Assembly (NCBI RefSeq): GCF_006345805.1 | Contig: NC_043000.1 | Location: 153,512,001 to 153,576,000, forward strand | Length of the DNA stretch: 64,000 nucleotides | Direction: 5' to 3' | Source of the DNA: Octopus sinensis | Lineage: Eukaryota | In this document: positions 13,575 through 25,978 of the stretch, one piece after another | Layout of the letters: every line of letters begins with the position of its first letter | Position numbering within the stretch: position 1 is the first letter of the stretch | Made by a program: the position numbers and the translations under genes | Notes under the pieces: model-generated | Database searches by the model: none | The model's input: the letters and a program-made list of their open reading frames with translations, nothing else | Told to the model about the DNA's origin: nothing

Positions 13575-15030
13575 TATGGCCCGTGTTCCCAGCCTTGGAT
13601 GAACCTTGAAACTAATGTTGAGTTCGTTTGGGCAATGCTGGGGGTATATTCTCCACATTGTGCAAATGGTGTACCGCTCGCGGCGGTACTGGAGAGAGTC
13701 GAGTTTCAAGGCTTTAAGGCGGTCCCAGTAATCGAGATCAGTCATGCCCTTAATTCGACTAGTGAGCGCCCTCCAGGTTGATTCAGGTTGATGTTTTGTT
13801 TTGTATGGGGAGACCACAGGGGGAAGCAGTATTCGAGGCGTGGCCGTACAAAGGAGAAAAGTGGGATAACGATACCTTGTTCTCTGGACCGGAATGTTCT
13901 TAAGATCCAGGAGCTAATCCTACGAGCTATATCAACCTTATTGTTAACAACAATTACACCTCGGTCTCTGATATTATTAGATGCTGTGAACAGCTTCCCT
14001 GAAGGAAGAGAGTATGGCTGTTTTAGTATAGTCTTTCTTCCAAAATGCATCAGCTCAAATTTTCCCTGTTAGGTTGCATTTTGTTTTTGTTTGCCCATTG
14101 ACTCACCGCATACAGATCAGACTGGAGTTGAGTTTGGACTTCTTCATTGATGATTTGCTGGAGTTTAGTGTCATTAGCAAATATTTTCACATTGCAAGAT
14201 TATAATGGGGAGCTGGTCCAAGACAATCCTCTGAGGGACACCACTGGTGACTTTTGCTGGGCTTGAGTGGACTCCATCGACCACAACATGTGTTCTATTT
14301 ACCAGGAAATACTCAATCCAGTGTAGAATTTTTCCACGGATTTCAACATTCGACAATTTTGAGAGTAAGGTATTATGGTCAATCCTGTCGAATGCTTTGC
14401 TGAAGTCAAGATATATGACATCAGATTTCGAACCTGTTCCCAAGGCTTTAAGTATATCCTCAACGTGGTATAAAAGCTGTGTTACACAGTCTGTGCCACA
14501 GTAAAAGCCATGCTGATTTGCATTTAGGAGTTTGTGGATCTCCAGGAAGCCAGTTATTCTTGATCTTACCACTCTTTCAAACATTAATGGTGTGGGAAGT
14601 GAGTGAAATTGGGCGATAGTTTACTGTGAGGGATCTGTTTCCCTGTTTGAAAACCGGGATGACAGACTGGGTTAGAAGGTGTTTCGGTATATAACTTGAA
14701 TCTAAAGAATTTCTCCAGAGGTTGGTCAGAGAGACAGCAAGTTGGTGTCTACATTCCTTCAGGAGACTAGCGGGGAATCTATTAGGGCCTGCAGCGGAAT
14801 ATTTATTTATTGCTGCTATGATGTCTGAGGCAGTAAAGATTATGTCCGTGATTCTATGTTGGAAATCATCTTCGTTCGCTTCTCTTACGTCAATATCAGT
14901 GGAATCACTAAAGACAGAGCAGTATTGTTTCTGTAGTATTTCTGCCATTTCTTGAGAGTCGTGTTGTGGAATTGGCCAGTGGTCCTATTGTAGTAGCAGT
15001 AGTAGACTTTTTTTTTGTTATGCTGTAATA
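13575..15030 (-). mobile_element. CR1/L2-group LINE RT remnant (same family as 24085-25945)
   Basis: Frameshifted ORFs with NYRPISLTSH, NQHGF, VIYLDFSKAFDRIDH, SGVPQ and RPRLEYC. The FADD region is deleted. Collinear with the 24-26 kb copy. Confidence 0.9.
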
Positions 15031-15276
15031 GCAGTGGAGCTTGACTTGCAACTGTAGGGCTGGGTGGAATCAGGTCAGATACTGGTGCCAAACAAGGTGC
15101 TTCCAATATAGTAGCAGTAACAGGCTATTGTTGTTACGATAGTGAGTCCTGACTTGCCACAATAGTGTTGAGTGGAATTAGGTCAGATAGCGATATCAAT
15201 GAGGATGTTATTTAATTGCTGGCTAACGGGTCGTTGAAGTGACCCCTGACCTGTTGGAATTGGGTCAGTTGGTGCG

Positions 15277-15522
15277 CTACGTCCCTTGACAAGTATGGCT
15301 TCCAGTGTTACTATGTGCGCGTGTAAAGTATGAAACGATCTTGTGGTTTATTTTGTTTTCGATCTGTTTTACAGATCTGTAAAAGGATTGCGACGCTAAT
15401 TTTTCAGCGATTTTACTGTAGACATTAGCTTTTACACAATCGTTATGGTGAGTATACCAAGCGTTTACCAGTGCACGGATTTCGTTTTTTACCCAGTGGC
15501 GTTTTAGAATATTATTGACCAT
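15277..15522 (-). CDS. Short ORF or relic with a Myb/SANT-like (trihelix, Myb_DNA-bind_4-type) domain
   Basis: HWVKNEIRALVNAW...NVYSKIAEKLASQSFYRSVKQIENKINH fits the W-x3-E-x3-L...(W/Y)-x2-IA-x2-L-x5-R-(S/T)-x2-Q-x3-K pattern by eye. Not confirmed by HMM. Confidence 0.6.
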   Translation of the reverse strand: MVNNILKRHWVKNEIRALVNAWYTHHNDCVKANVYSKIAEKLASQSFYRSVKQIENKINHKIVSYFTRAHSNTGSHTCQGT

Positions 15523-16137
15523 ATTCAGTGGATAGGACAGTATTATACATTGTACGTCAGTAATTGATGATTTGATGTATAATCATGAATGCACCGTTGA
15601 AAAGTTTGTGTCGATATATTCGGAAATACGTGGCTATATGTGGGTATGTGTGGGAGAGTTCAGTGTATTTAGTATCAATCAGAATGAGTGATGTGTTTAA
15701 TACAAATCAAGAGAAAATAATTGCACTCACAGGACTAGTTTTAGAACTAATCTTGGGTTTGGTTTTGGTTTATATTTGTTTCTCCATGTTCTATATAAAT
15801 TTGTGTAATTTTATCCTCCGGTGATAGTAAAATAGTAGAACTCAAGGGTTCTGGGACTAAAAAACAAGGAAAGTTACTGCTGGTTTGAGTTGAATCTGTT
15901 TCTTTGGTTACTGACTTGCCGGATCTATGAAAAGTACGTCATGTCACGACGGATACCTATATACACACACACATATATATGCATATATATATATATATAT
16001 AATATGCATATATATATATATAATATATATAATATATATATAATATATTATAGATATATATATATATATATTATATTGATAAAAATGGTAAGACAAAAGA
16101 AAGAAAGAGACCTCGATATTATGTAAATAGAGGAATT

Positions 16138-16270
16138 TCTGTAAATGTAATATGTGACAATTATTCGGTAGCCATGATAAAACTCCAACTTTCGGAGTTT
16201 CCACTTCGGCATTCGAAACTCGGAGTTTTATCATGGCTACCGAATAATTGTCACATATTACATTTACAGA
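16138..16270. repeat. Perfect 49-bp inverted repeat with 35-bp spacer (fold-back or MITE-like)
   Basis: 16138-16186 is the exact reverse complement of 16222-16270. Confidence 0.95.
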
Positions 16271-16271
16271 T

Positions 16272-16372
<101 letters not shown>

Positions 16373-17004
16373 AACAATAATCTATAAGTAGTCATCTTGG
16401 TGCGTATATTAGTTTGAATGCTTAAGAGATTTTATTTTATTTATTCATTTTTTGTGTCCTTCACTAACGTGTTGCTAGATATTACAAAAACGTCTGCTTG
16501 AAAATTAATAGTCTATAACGTATTTATTGTAACCAAATGAAACATTATGCAACCACCAGCAGGATCTCGATGTAAGGATGCAATTTATCCAGCGAATAAG
16601 TCAATCTAACGCCCAATTGTTTGTGCCCAAATCCGCTAATATCTAAGTATTAGTTGTACCCGAGTAAATTGTGTGATTATTTTAAAAGCTATAAGTTAGC
16701 TGGAAGTTTACAGGGAGCCATAGTAGTAATTTTCTTTTTCTAAATAGTATTTTTTTCTGAAGTGTTTGATCTTCAGATTGTGTAAAGTCCAAATAGGTAA
16801 TAGCGAAAGAGCAATCCTGGAAGTCAATATCTTTGAATGAGATGACATGCTTTGTATCTACATTTTAATTTTATGTCAAAGAGTAGACAAGCTTAATTAT
16901 AGAGCGAAATCGGAAATCTAATCGCTCTATAATTTTATTCGGATATGGCACGATTGTGTTTGTAAAGCTTAAACAAACTTAATTACGTTGTATTTACATC
17001 CTTT

Positions 17005-17222
17005 CGAGGGAGTGTTGAAAATTTCCTGGCTTCGAGGGTATCGCGAAAGATCTGGCTGGAGGCCCAACCTTCCGAATTCTTTTAGGGAGCTTAGAAAAAC
17101 TGAAAGACCACTACAATTAGTGTGTGAATCTGAGAGGGAAAATACGTTGAATAAAATTATAATTAACGGATCCTTCTGTGTTTTCTTTTACCCAAAGCCA
17201 GAAACTGCTCAGTAACCCCTCG
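17005..17222. mobile_element. Mariner-type MITE
   Basis: Imperfect TIRs CGAGGGAGTGTTGAAAATTTCCTGGCTT and AAGCCAGAAACTGCTCAGTAACCCCTCG. About 220 bp, non-coding. Confidence 0.7.
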
Positions 17223-18037
17223 TGTTTTCATACTCGAGACACTGAATATGGTTGGACTTGAACTCACAGCCCTACATAATGAAGTGTATTAACTGCTCTT
17301 CTTAGTTATGGTTTCTAATATAATCAAACGTTGATAGTCTACACTAAGTTTCGTTCATTGCTGTTCGCTAATGTGAGGGAGAAAACAAGCCTGTAATACA
17401 TAAAAGGTTAAGGAGGCGTAAGAGATGTCAGGATGTGTGAGGTGTTGTATATTTAAACCTTTATTTTAAACTATTGAGTTTATAAGTAGCCTTTAAGGTG
17501 ATCATATTTGTATAAATATTCAGATTTTCTTTTTTCTTTTTGTGCTTGACCTTATTAGGGAGGTGTTGCATTGTTATGTAAAAGTATATCCAAATATATA
17601 TTTTACGTAGTGCAGATACCAAGTCTTTTCATTCTGTGTTCAAATCACGCTAAGGTCAAATTTACCTTCATCCCTTAAATGAAGGTGGGTCAATTAAATC
17701 ACCTAGCAAGAGAGTCGATAGTATCTATTAACTACCCCTCCAAACAACTGATACAGAGCTCAATACGTATGTATATAATTATAATCTACGTGGGCAATTG
17801 TGTTCCCAATATTTAAATGTTAAGTGTTACAATTACACTTTACACCCCCACCCACCCACACCTATACTGACACCTTTTATGCCCACTTAATTTTATAAAT
17901 TCTGAAAACCACCATTTCCCCCTCTTTCACTCTGGAACAGCCAAAGGCGAAATACAGATGTCAACTTTTGATATATATATATATATATATACAGATGTAT
18001 TATACACAATATATTGAATTCTGTATCAGTTAATATG

Positions 18038-18084
<47 letters not shown>

Positions 18085-18274
18085 AATTAAGGGTAGCAAC
18101 GATTTGCCTCACCACACACCGAATTTAGAAATAGCAGTCAAAAAGTTTTAGCTATTCTTTCTACTTAAAAGGGAGATCCCAGTAAAACCAAAGTAGAAAG
18201 AATAGCCAAAACTTTTTGACTGCTATTTCTAAATTCGGTGTGTGGTGAGGCAAATCGTTGCTAAACCCTTAATT
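18085..18274. repeat. About 82-bp inverted repeat with 24-bp spacer (MITE-like)
   Basis: 18085-18166 pairs with 18191-18274, with one mismatch and a 2-nt indel. Confidence 0.93.
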
Positions 18275-19128
18275 ACTTAGTATTACTTAAACCTTCCTTG
18301 AATGGAGCTTTTACATGCCGAAATCTACTTGGTGAAATTAATGATTATTTCTAAATTAATTAATTTCATCCTTTATTATTGATAATTGTATATATATATA
18401 TATATATATATCTTACAACTCTTATGCTATGATATATGAGTGTGTTTTTTGGGGGCATGGTGCATGCATGTATATGTGTATGTGCGTGTGTACACAATGG
18501 TATGCCTGAATCTATCTATCTGTATATATTTGGTGTGTTATATGTGCGTGTGTGTATATATATATATATATCTACACACATGTATGTATAGATTTAAATG
18601 AATAAGAATTCATGTAAAATATCTATAATTCAATTGTCTTATAAGAATTTAAACAACATCTTCTGTAAAAAGTCATATATGCTGACCGTAGGAGAACAAT
18701 ATTTTATCCTCCCATGATAGCGAATTCTATTTTCCTCGATTTGGGTCTTTGAACAGAAAAGCGTTCCTTCGTTGACTTTCTTCGCATTTATATTCACTCA
18801 AATAGCATCTTGCATTCGCATTCGAGAAAACAGAAATGGTTATCATTTCATAACCTTATAGACTTTTTCTTTAATTCAGACATAATGAATGGAAGACTAC
18901 ATTATTTTACTATGCTCTTCTTTCTTTAAGACGGTAGGAAGAGATGGGAATAAAATTCGGTTGCTAATTTCAGCAGATCATGTGACTAGGTAAGGGCTCT
19001 GATGTTGGCCCGTTGACTTACTTATTTCTATTAACCTGGTATTATTTTGCTTTTAAACATCGTTATTAAATCTCATATATCAAGTGTATGAAAACTTTAT
19101 ATAGGTGTCATATCATGTGGTTACCTAA

Positions 19129-19295
19129 CAGACACGTGGGCTACACAACTATCATTGGTTAAGAAGATCGCTTTACAGTCACGTAGTTTCGGGCTCAGTC
19201 CCATAGCACGGTAGCCTAGACAAGCGTCTTCCACTACAGTCCTGGGTCAACTAATTCCATGTCAGTGAATTTGGTTGACAACTGTGAAGAACCCA
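19129..19295 (+). mobile_element. Degenerate SINE family A head
   Basis: Diverged match to the head of 63364-63812 (CAGTCCCA, CAAGCGTCTTCCACTACAG, GTGAATTTGGT). Confidence 0.55.
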
Positions 19296-20419
19296 TCGTG
19301 TGATAACTAGCGCTGGTGTGTTTATATCCATGTACCAACGGATCAGCAAAAGAGACGAATACAATAATTACCAGACTTACCAAACTATTTATTGGGGTCG
19401 ATATGTACGACAGACCCAACAAAGCTACGCTCTATCACGGCTGCAATCCAATGATACAATAGTTAAAAAAGATACAATAGTTAAAACAATTGTTTTTGGC
19501 AATTGCATTCATGCCTTGAGTAAATAATATAAAATTACAGATTGTTGAGCAGATAACGTATCGGATAACTAAATGTGAGATCCGCAGTTTGTATTATGCC
19601 ACCAATATCATGCAATATTCATGCACAAAGTAGTTTATATACACAAATATCATCGCTGCCTGATAGATTCTTTGTAAATTTCATTGTTTTTTGATCAACT
19701 GAACTAATTACTTGTTAAAATATGGTGTAGGTGGCTGAGGATCCCGTTGATAAAATACATTGCTGAATCACTAGATTACATGTACAATTCACCGCTGGGC
19801 TTCTACACCGTTATCTTCAACCCACTTTCACTTAGAGACAGTGGGGCCGTTCAAGAATTTGGACCTGGAGATCTCCATTTCCAGCGACTTCGAGGGCCAC
19901 CTCCCAGTGGTGTCGGGCGTCAACGAAGAGCCCTCGACTACAACAAGACAACCAAGGTTTTTTTTTCCCAAGGTCTGGGGTCTCCCGCCCCTAAGCCCTA
20001 GACCATTACCTAATCACCCTTACCCGTCTTGTTGCTTAACAACAACAACAAGAGGCAGTGGGTCGAGCCAATGCTAAAGGACAATTAAAATGGGACCGAC
20101 CGTTGCTGCTTCCAAAAATTATCTATAACAATCAGAGAATTATCGTTTAAACTAAGTGTTTACGAACCAGCGAAGTAGCTTCTAACATGTCTAGCACCAC
20201 GTAAAAATTTATTTGTAAACTTAAATCATACCTTACAGTGTTTTTAAAAAGCTACAAGCGTAGAACAAAATGACGAACTATAATTGTTCTGATACTTCGT
20301 GTACCGAGCTCAGATCCTTTTGATACCAAATATGCCTTTACATCGTTTCATTCTAGTATTCTTAGAGCATCAGTTAAGCTGCCTTTCAATATTTATTCCA
20401 ACTCTTTGTATTATGGGTT

Positions 20420-20495
20420 CAGAACCGATCGAGATCAACTTTTTCTCTCATCTCGCCAAGATCGATAAAATAAAGTATCAGTTAAGTATTTGAGG
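20420..20495 (+). mobile_element. Degenerate SINE family B core
   Basis: GAGATCAACTTTTTTCTCTCATC...GATCGATAAAATAAAGTATCAGTT resembles the family B core. Confidence 0.5.
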
Positions 20496-22280
20496 CAACA
20501 TCTTGTCTTTCTCGTACGAGTTTCACAGACTCCAAAGATGCTGTTTTCCAGTCTTTGAATATAAGATGAGATAGTCAATGTTAGAGTGCATTTGATCACA
20601 GTTCCGATTGATCAGGGTTAAATCCAACAGTAGGATGTGTGTTGGTTCATTCTATCTTCCGATCGTTGGGTAAAGGAATTACCGGTGACAAAATCCGAAC
20701 TAGTGCGGACCTTTAAATTCTTTTTCCACAGCTTATAATGCTTTTCATTTGCGGAATAATTTCAATATCTTCCCGCCAGAACCTGCGGAAATTTTTGATA
20801 GCACACACACACACACTCACACAGACGCGCGCACGCACACTCGCATACACACATACATAAACATACACACTCGCACACACACACATACACATACACATAC
20901 ACATTCGCACACATATACACATGGATACATTTGCATATAAATATATATATATGTGCATATCTCTGCATACACAAACGCACGAACATGCATACATATGCAA
21001 ACGTTTACAAGTACATTCTATATACTTCAATATATAAACATATATATTGGCACATTCACTCACACACACTCACACACACACACACACACACTCATACACA
21101 CACACTCAGTCGCATAACTGGTGTTACATCGCTTTCACTCGCCATTCCTATATATAGGAATTAAAGAGTGATAGGTGGGGGTGACACAGAGTTATTTTCA
21201 AAGATGTCACATAAAGGATCGGTTTCCTCTCTCTCAAAAATATTTCAGACCTGAACATCTGGTAGTCAACTTTTCATTCCCTTCCATCTCACTTTTTCTC
21301 TCTCCATTGTACCCTTCTTCCCTTCCTTCCTGTCTTTCCCACCCCACGTACTCCCTCTCTCTCTCTCTCTCTCTCTTCAGCCACTCGTTTGATTTGTGTT
21401 CTGTCTTGTTTTATCATTAATAAAAACGTTTTGCTGTCAAAAATAAAATGAAGTTATTTTTCATCCTAAGGTAAAATATTTTATAAACTTAGCAATATAT
21501 ACATACGTACTCAAAAACAGTCAGACAGACACACAGAGACAGACAGACAGACAGACACACACATACATCCATATGCACACCACACACACATATATATATA
21601 TATATATATCTATATATATATATATATAATATCTACACAAAAAAGAAAACGTAACCGGTATTTTATGCTTTATATAACGTGCATACATTTTAGTAGGCCG
21701 ACTACCATTATTGCGTGCCGCACACACTCATACACGCCTCCGTATGTACACATGTACGTACTTCTGTATGTGTATGCGAGCATGCCTGAATTAGGAGCCA
21801 CCGGAGTGTGCACGAGGCTCATTGTGACATTAGTATACTTTGTATTTTTACTCTCTCAAACTCCTCTGTGACGCATCGTCACCCTCACAGTACCTACACT
21901 CTCTATTCTGCTAGAGACCAGTTAGCGCTTAATTTGGATACTGGTGTATATAAGGGGTTGAAATTTTCTTCATGTTATATTTTATTGATAATGCTGAGGA
22001 AGTGTGTTGACTGTATTAATTGCATAATATAGTCAGCCGGTTTACGTGATAATGACATTAGGGTTACTGAAACACGTGTACATTATACAAAGTTCAAAAT
22101 ACCGATTACGTTTCCTGTGTTCAGCTGTTTATGGATTATGAGTCGGATTCTGTGCACTGGCCTATCTGAAGTTATCAAGTTATCATGATTGCTACCAAAC
22201 CATGTCCAGTATAAGCATGCACCGTGGAACATTACGGCGCCCAAACATTTTGGTACCCTTTCGCGCCTTCCGCTCCGCTT

Positions 22281-22298
22281 TAACACACACACACACCA

Positions 22299-22360
<62 letters not shown>

Positions 22361-22361
22361 C

Positions 22362-22420
<59 letters not shown>

Positions 22421-22858
22421 CATATATACGTATGCATATATACCATATACATATGTATACATACACACGCACACCATAATACACACATATATAATATATA
22501 TATACATATATCTATATATATGTGTATGTATACATGCACATATATATATATTATATATATATATATATATATATGTTAATAAAATAGAACATATGCATAT
22601 ATAAACATATATGTACGTACCTACCTCTACATGTACATATACACGCATATATGTGTACAGGACACCAAAAAGACGTCGAACACATAGAGAGACGAAAAAC
22701 CAGACACAAACCAAGGAACAAGAACAGCAAAAAAAAAAAAAAAAAGAGATACAGGACAATAAGCACAACGAAAATATCCCTTCTTCAGTCGCTAAGGTTT
22801 CATCTACTAAACGTTTCGAAGGATAAAAGCGAGACGTATACTTCGAAGAAAACTTCCG

Positions 22859-22900
<42 letters not shown>

Positions 22901-22924
22901 GTGTGTATGTATATATATATATAG

Positions 22925-22962
<38 letters not shown>

Positions 22963-22968
22963 ATATAG
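22281..22968. repeat. CA/TA microsatellite field
   Basis: Several long TA and CA tracts. Confidence 0.9.
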
Positions 22969-23334
22969 ATTTCTGGCATTGCATAAGAGATGCTCTGCCT
23001 TCGTCAGTGGAATACACTCAGATAGCACATAAGTACAAAAATATATACACACAACATCCGATATACTTACATATACGAACGTATGCACATACATATATAT
23101 GCACGTATGTACGCGAATTTAAATTGCCCACCTTTAATGTGGTTTTAGAGTCAGGTTTTGACTGCTATGTTCAGCGTGGTGGTATCTCTTAGATACCCTA
23201 AATTATAATTTTCAATAATTATTACCTTTGAAAGGATTTTATTCCCATTCTGACCACCTGATAAGATCGGTATTTAAATATTGATCCTATCCTTATTTAT
23301 ATAAATTTATATATAATATATATATATATATATA

Positions 23335-23374
<40 letters not shown>

Positions 23375-23419
23375 TGTGTGTGTGTGTGTATTCCTGGACG
23401 GAATTGTACCATATTTTTG

Positions 23420-23695
23420 AATTGAAAGCTATTCCAATGCCAGAACGGGTCGACATTGCATAGTGCCAAAAATCCCAGCAATGCCATCGCGCTTCAGAGA
23501 CAGTTACTGCAACAGCCTGGGTTTCAGGGGCCCACAGCAGGAACCTGCACAAAGTAGATGTAGGCGTTTATAAGTCAAAGCTGGACTGCTTCTTATCGAG
23601 ACCCAGATGAACCTACATCACGGTAAGAGGTGCAAATGAGGGTAGCTACATCAAACTCCATTCTTCACCAAGTGCCACATGTTGGAGGAGGCTAT
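23420..23695 (+). mobile_element. CR1/L2-group LINE 3' fragment
   Basis: Reads SYSNARTGRHCIVPKIPAMPSRFRDSYCNSLGFRGP, homologous to the C-terminal part of 4150-4330 on the minus strand. Confidence 0.65.
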
Positions 23696-23968
23696 TTGGC
23701 CGAACCGCTAGATTAGGGGGACGTAAACACAAGAGCATCGGTTGTCAAGTGATGTTGGGCTGACAAACGCAGACACACAAACACACACACACGGTCACAT
23801 ACACACACACACACACATATGTACGACGGGCTTTTTTCAGCTTCCGTATTAGATCCACTCACGGGGCTATAGTGGAAGACATTTGACTGAGGTGCCACGC
23901 AGTGGGACTGAACCCGGAACAATGTGGTTGGTAAACAAGCTACTTACCACACAGCCACTCCTGCGCCT
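23696..23968 (-). mobile_element. SINE family A (head, internal microsatellite, partial 3' part)
   Basis: Reverse-complement match to 63364-63812. Confidence 0.85.
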
Positions 23969-23983
23969 ACATATATATGTATG

Positions 23984-24015
<32 letters not shown>

Positions 24016-24034
24016 TGTATGTATGTATATACAT

Positions 24035-24077
<43 letters not shown>

Positions 24078-24084
24078 AATATAA

Positions 24085-25945
24085 CTTAGAATAACTTAGA
24101 AAGGTTTTTGGCCAGTATTGGCCCAGGCCATGTCTAACTTAATAGCACCACCTGGCGAAGTCTTTCAGTTCAGATTTGGGCACAAGGCCCATTCGAGCAG
24201 AGAGTTATTGTTTGCGGAGACATATCCGGGTGTGGGGGTTTGTCCGGTACTGTTTGAAGGAATTTGTCCAAGACTTCTTGAATTTTGTGTGGTCAGTTTC
24301 TTTTTTGACGTGTCCTGGTGTAATGTTGAAGAGAGCGGGTCAATTGAGGTGAAGTAGTTTGCCGTATTGTGTCGTTATGTGATGCGATTTAGATTTTTGT
24401 TGTGGACGGATGGCACGTGGTCCAAGCCTTGGATGCATTTTGAAGGTGATGCCAACATCATTCGGACAGTGCTGATGGAATATTTTCCACATCATACAGA
24501 TAATGTAGCGTTCACGGCGTCGTTGGAGTGAATACAATTTCAGCTTCTCTAGTCTACCCCAGTAGTGAAGGTCTGACATGCCATCTATCTTTTTTGTGAT
24601 TGACCTTGGGGAGCTTCAATTCTCATAATATTTTGTTTTGTGTAGGGAGACCACAGTGGACAGCAGTATTCAAGGTGGGGTCGGGCAAAAGTGGAGAAGA
24701 GAAGGATAATAGCGTGGGAATCTCTCGACTGGAGGTTCTGAGAATCCAGGAACACATTCTGCGGGCCATGTCAACTTTGCTGCTTATATGTGTAGCCCAG
24801 CTTATGTTATTGTCCACTGTTACTCCCAGGTCTCTGATGTTGTTGGATGCCATGAGAATTTCTCCAGAAGGAAGAGAGTATGGGAGTTTCAGAGCGTCCT
24901 CCCTTCCAAAGTGGATCAGTTCGAATTTGTCTTCATTTAGCACATGTTATTCTTTTCCGCCCATTGGACAACAGCCAGTAGGTCTGACTGAAGGTTTATT
25001 CGGTCATCCACGCCATTGATGACCTTCTGGAGCTTGGAATCATCAGCGAAGGTTCTGATGTTGCTGTGTTTGATGGTGTCAGTAATATCATTTATGTAGA
25101 TGATGAAGAGAAGTGGGCCCAACACAGTGCCTTGTGGGACACCACTGCTGACTTTGGCTGGGCTGGATTTGACTCCTTCGACTACAACATGTTGGGTTCT
25201 GTTAGAGAGGAAGCACTTGATCCATTGCAGCAGCTTTCCAGTGACACCAATATTGGACAGCTTTCTCAGAAGGATCTTATGATCAACCCTGTCAAAGGCC
25301 TTGCTGAAATCAAGGTAGATGACATCAGTGTTGGAACCCTCTCCCAAGGCTCTCAAAATGTCATCAAAATGATGCAGTAGCTGCGTCAGGCAATCTCTCC
25401 CATTACGGAATCCATGCTGGTTGGGGTTCAGCATATTATGACTCTCAAGGAAGTGAGTCATACGCGATCTCAGCACCCTCTCAAATACCTTGATGATATG
25501 AGAGGTGAGTGAGATTGGACGGTAATTCACGGCAAGCGATTTGTTTCCTTTTTGAAAACTGGGACAACAGACTGGGATAGAAGGTCTTCTGGTATATATC
25601 CAGCATCCAATGAGTTCCGCCACAGATTGGCTAGAGGGGTGCAAGTTGGTTTTGACACATCTTCAAGACACAAGCAGGGAACCTATCGGGACCTACTGCT
25701 GAATTATGCTTCATTTCCTTTATTGCTGCTAAGACATCAGGAGCGCCAAATGTTATGTCCGATAAAGTGTATTGGGGAGTAACATCACTGATACAGCCCA
25801 GATCAGTCATATCAGGATTGCTGAAAACAGAGCAATATTGTTTCTGCAATATTTCTCCCATGGTTTTGGCATTGTCTTGAAGAGTACCATTTTCATCAAT
25901 CAGAGGGCCAACAGTAGAACCAGTGACTCTGTGTTTTTTTTGCAA
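24085..25945 (-). mobile_element. 5'-truncated CR1/L2-group LINE with well-preserved RT and 3' end
   Basis: RT motifs NYRPISLTS, YLDFSKAFD, SGVPQGTVLGPLLF, YINDI and FADD. C-terminal YSLQRRRERY. 3' UTR CAGGTGGTGCTATTAAGTTAGACATGGCC and a (TTCTAAGTTA)2 tail. Confidence 0.95.
24937..25644 (-). pseudogene. Reverse transcriptase domain ORF of the LINE (235 aa open stretch, frameshifts on both sides)
   Basis: All RT core motifs lie in one frame. Confidence 0.92.
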
Positions 25946-25978
25946 ATGAAAAGAACATTTTAATTTATTATATAGAAG

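Noticed and set aside
22083-22290. GAVMFHGAC segment resembling a Tc1 transposase motif
   Set aside because: Similarity is limited to a few residues, with no DDE context or TIRs.
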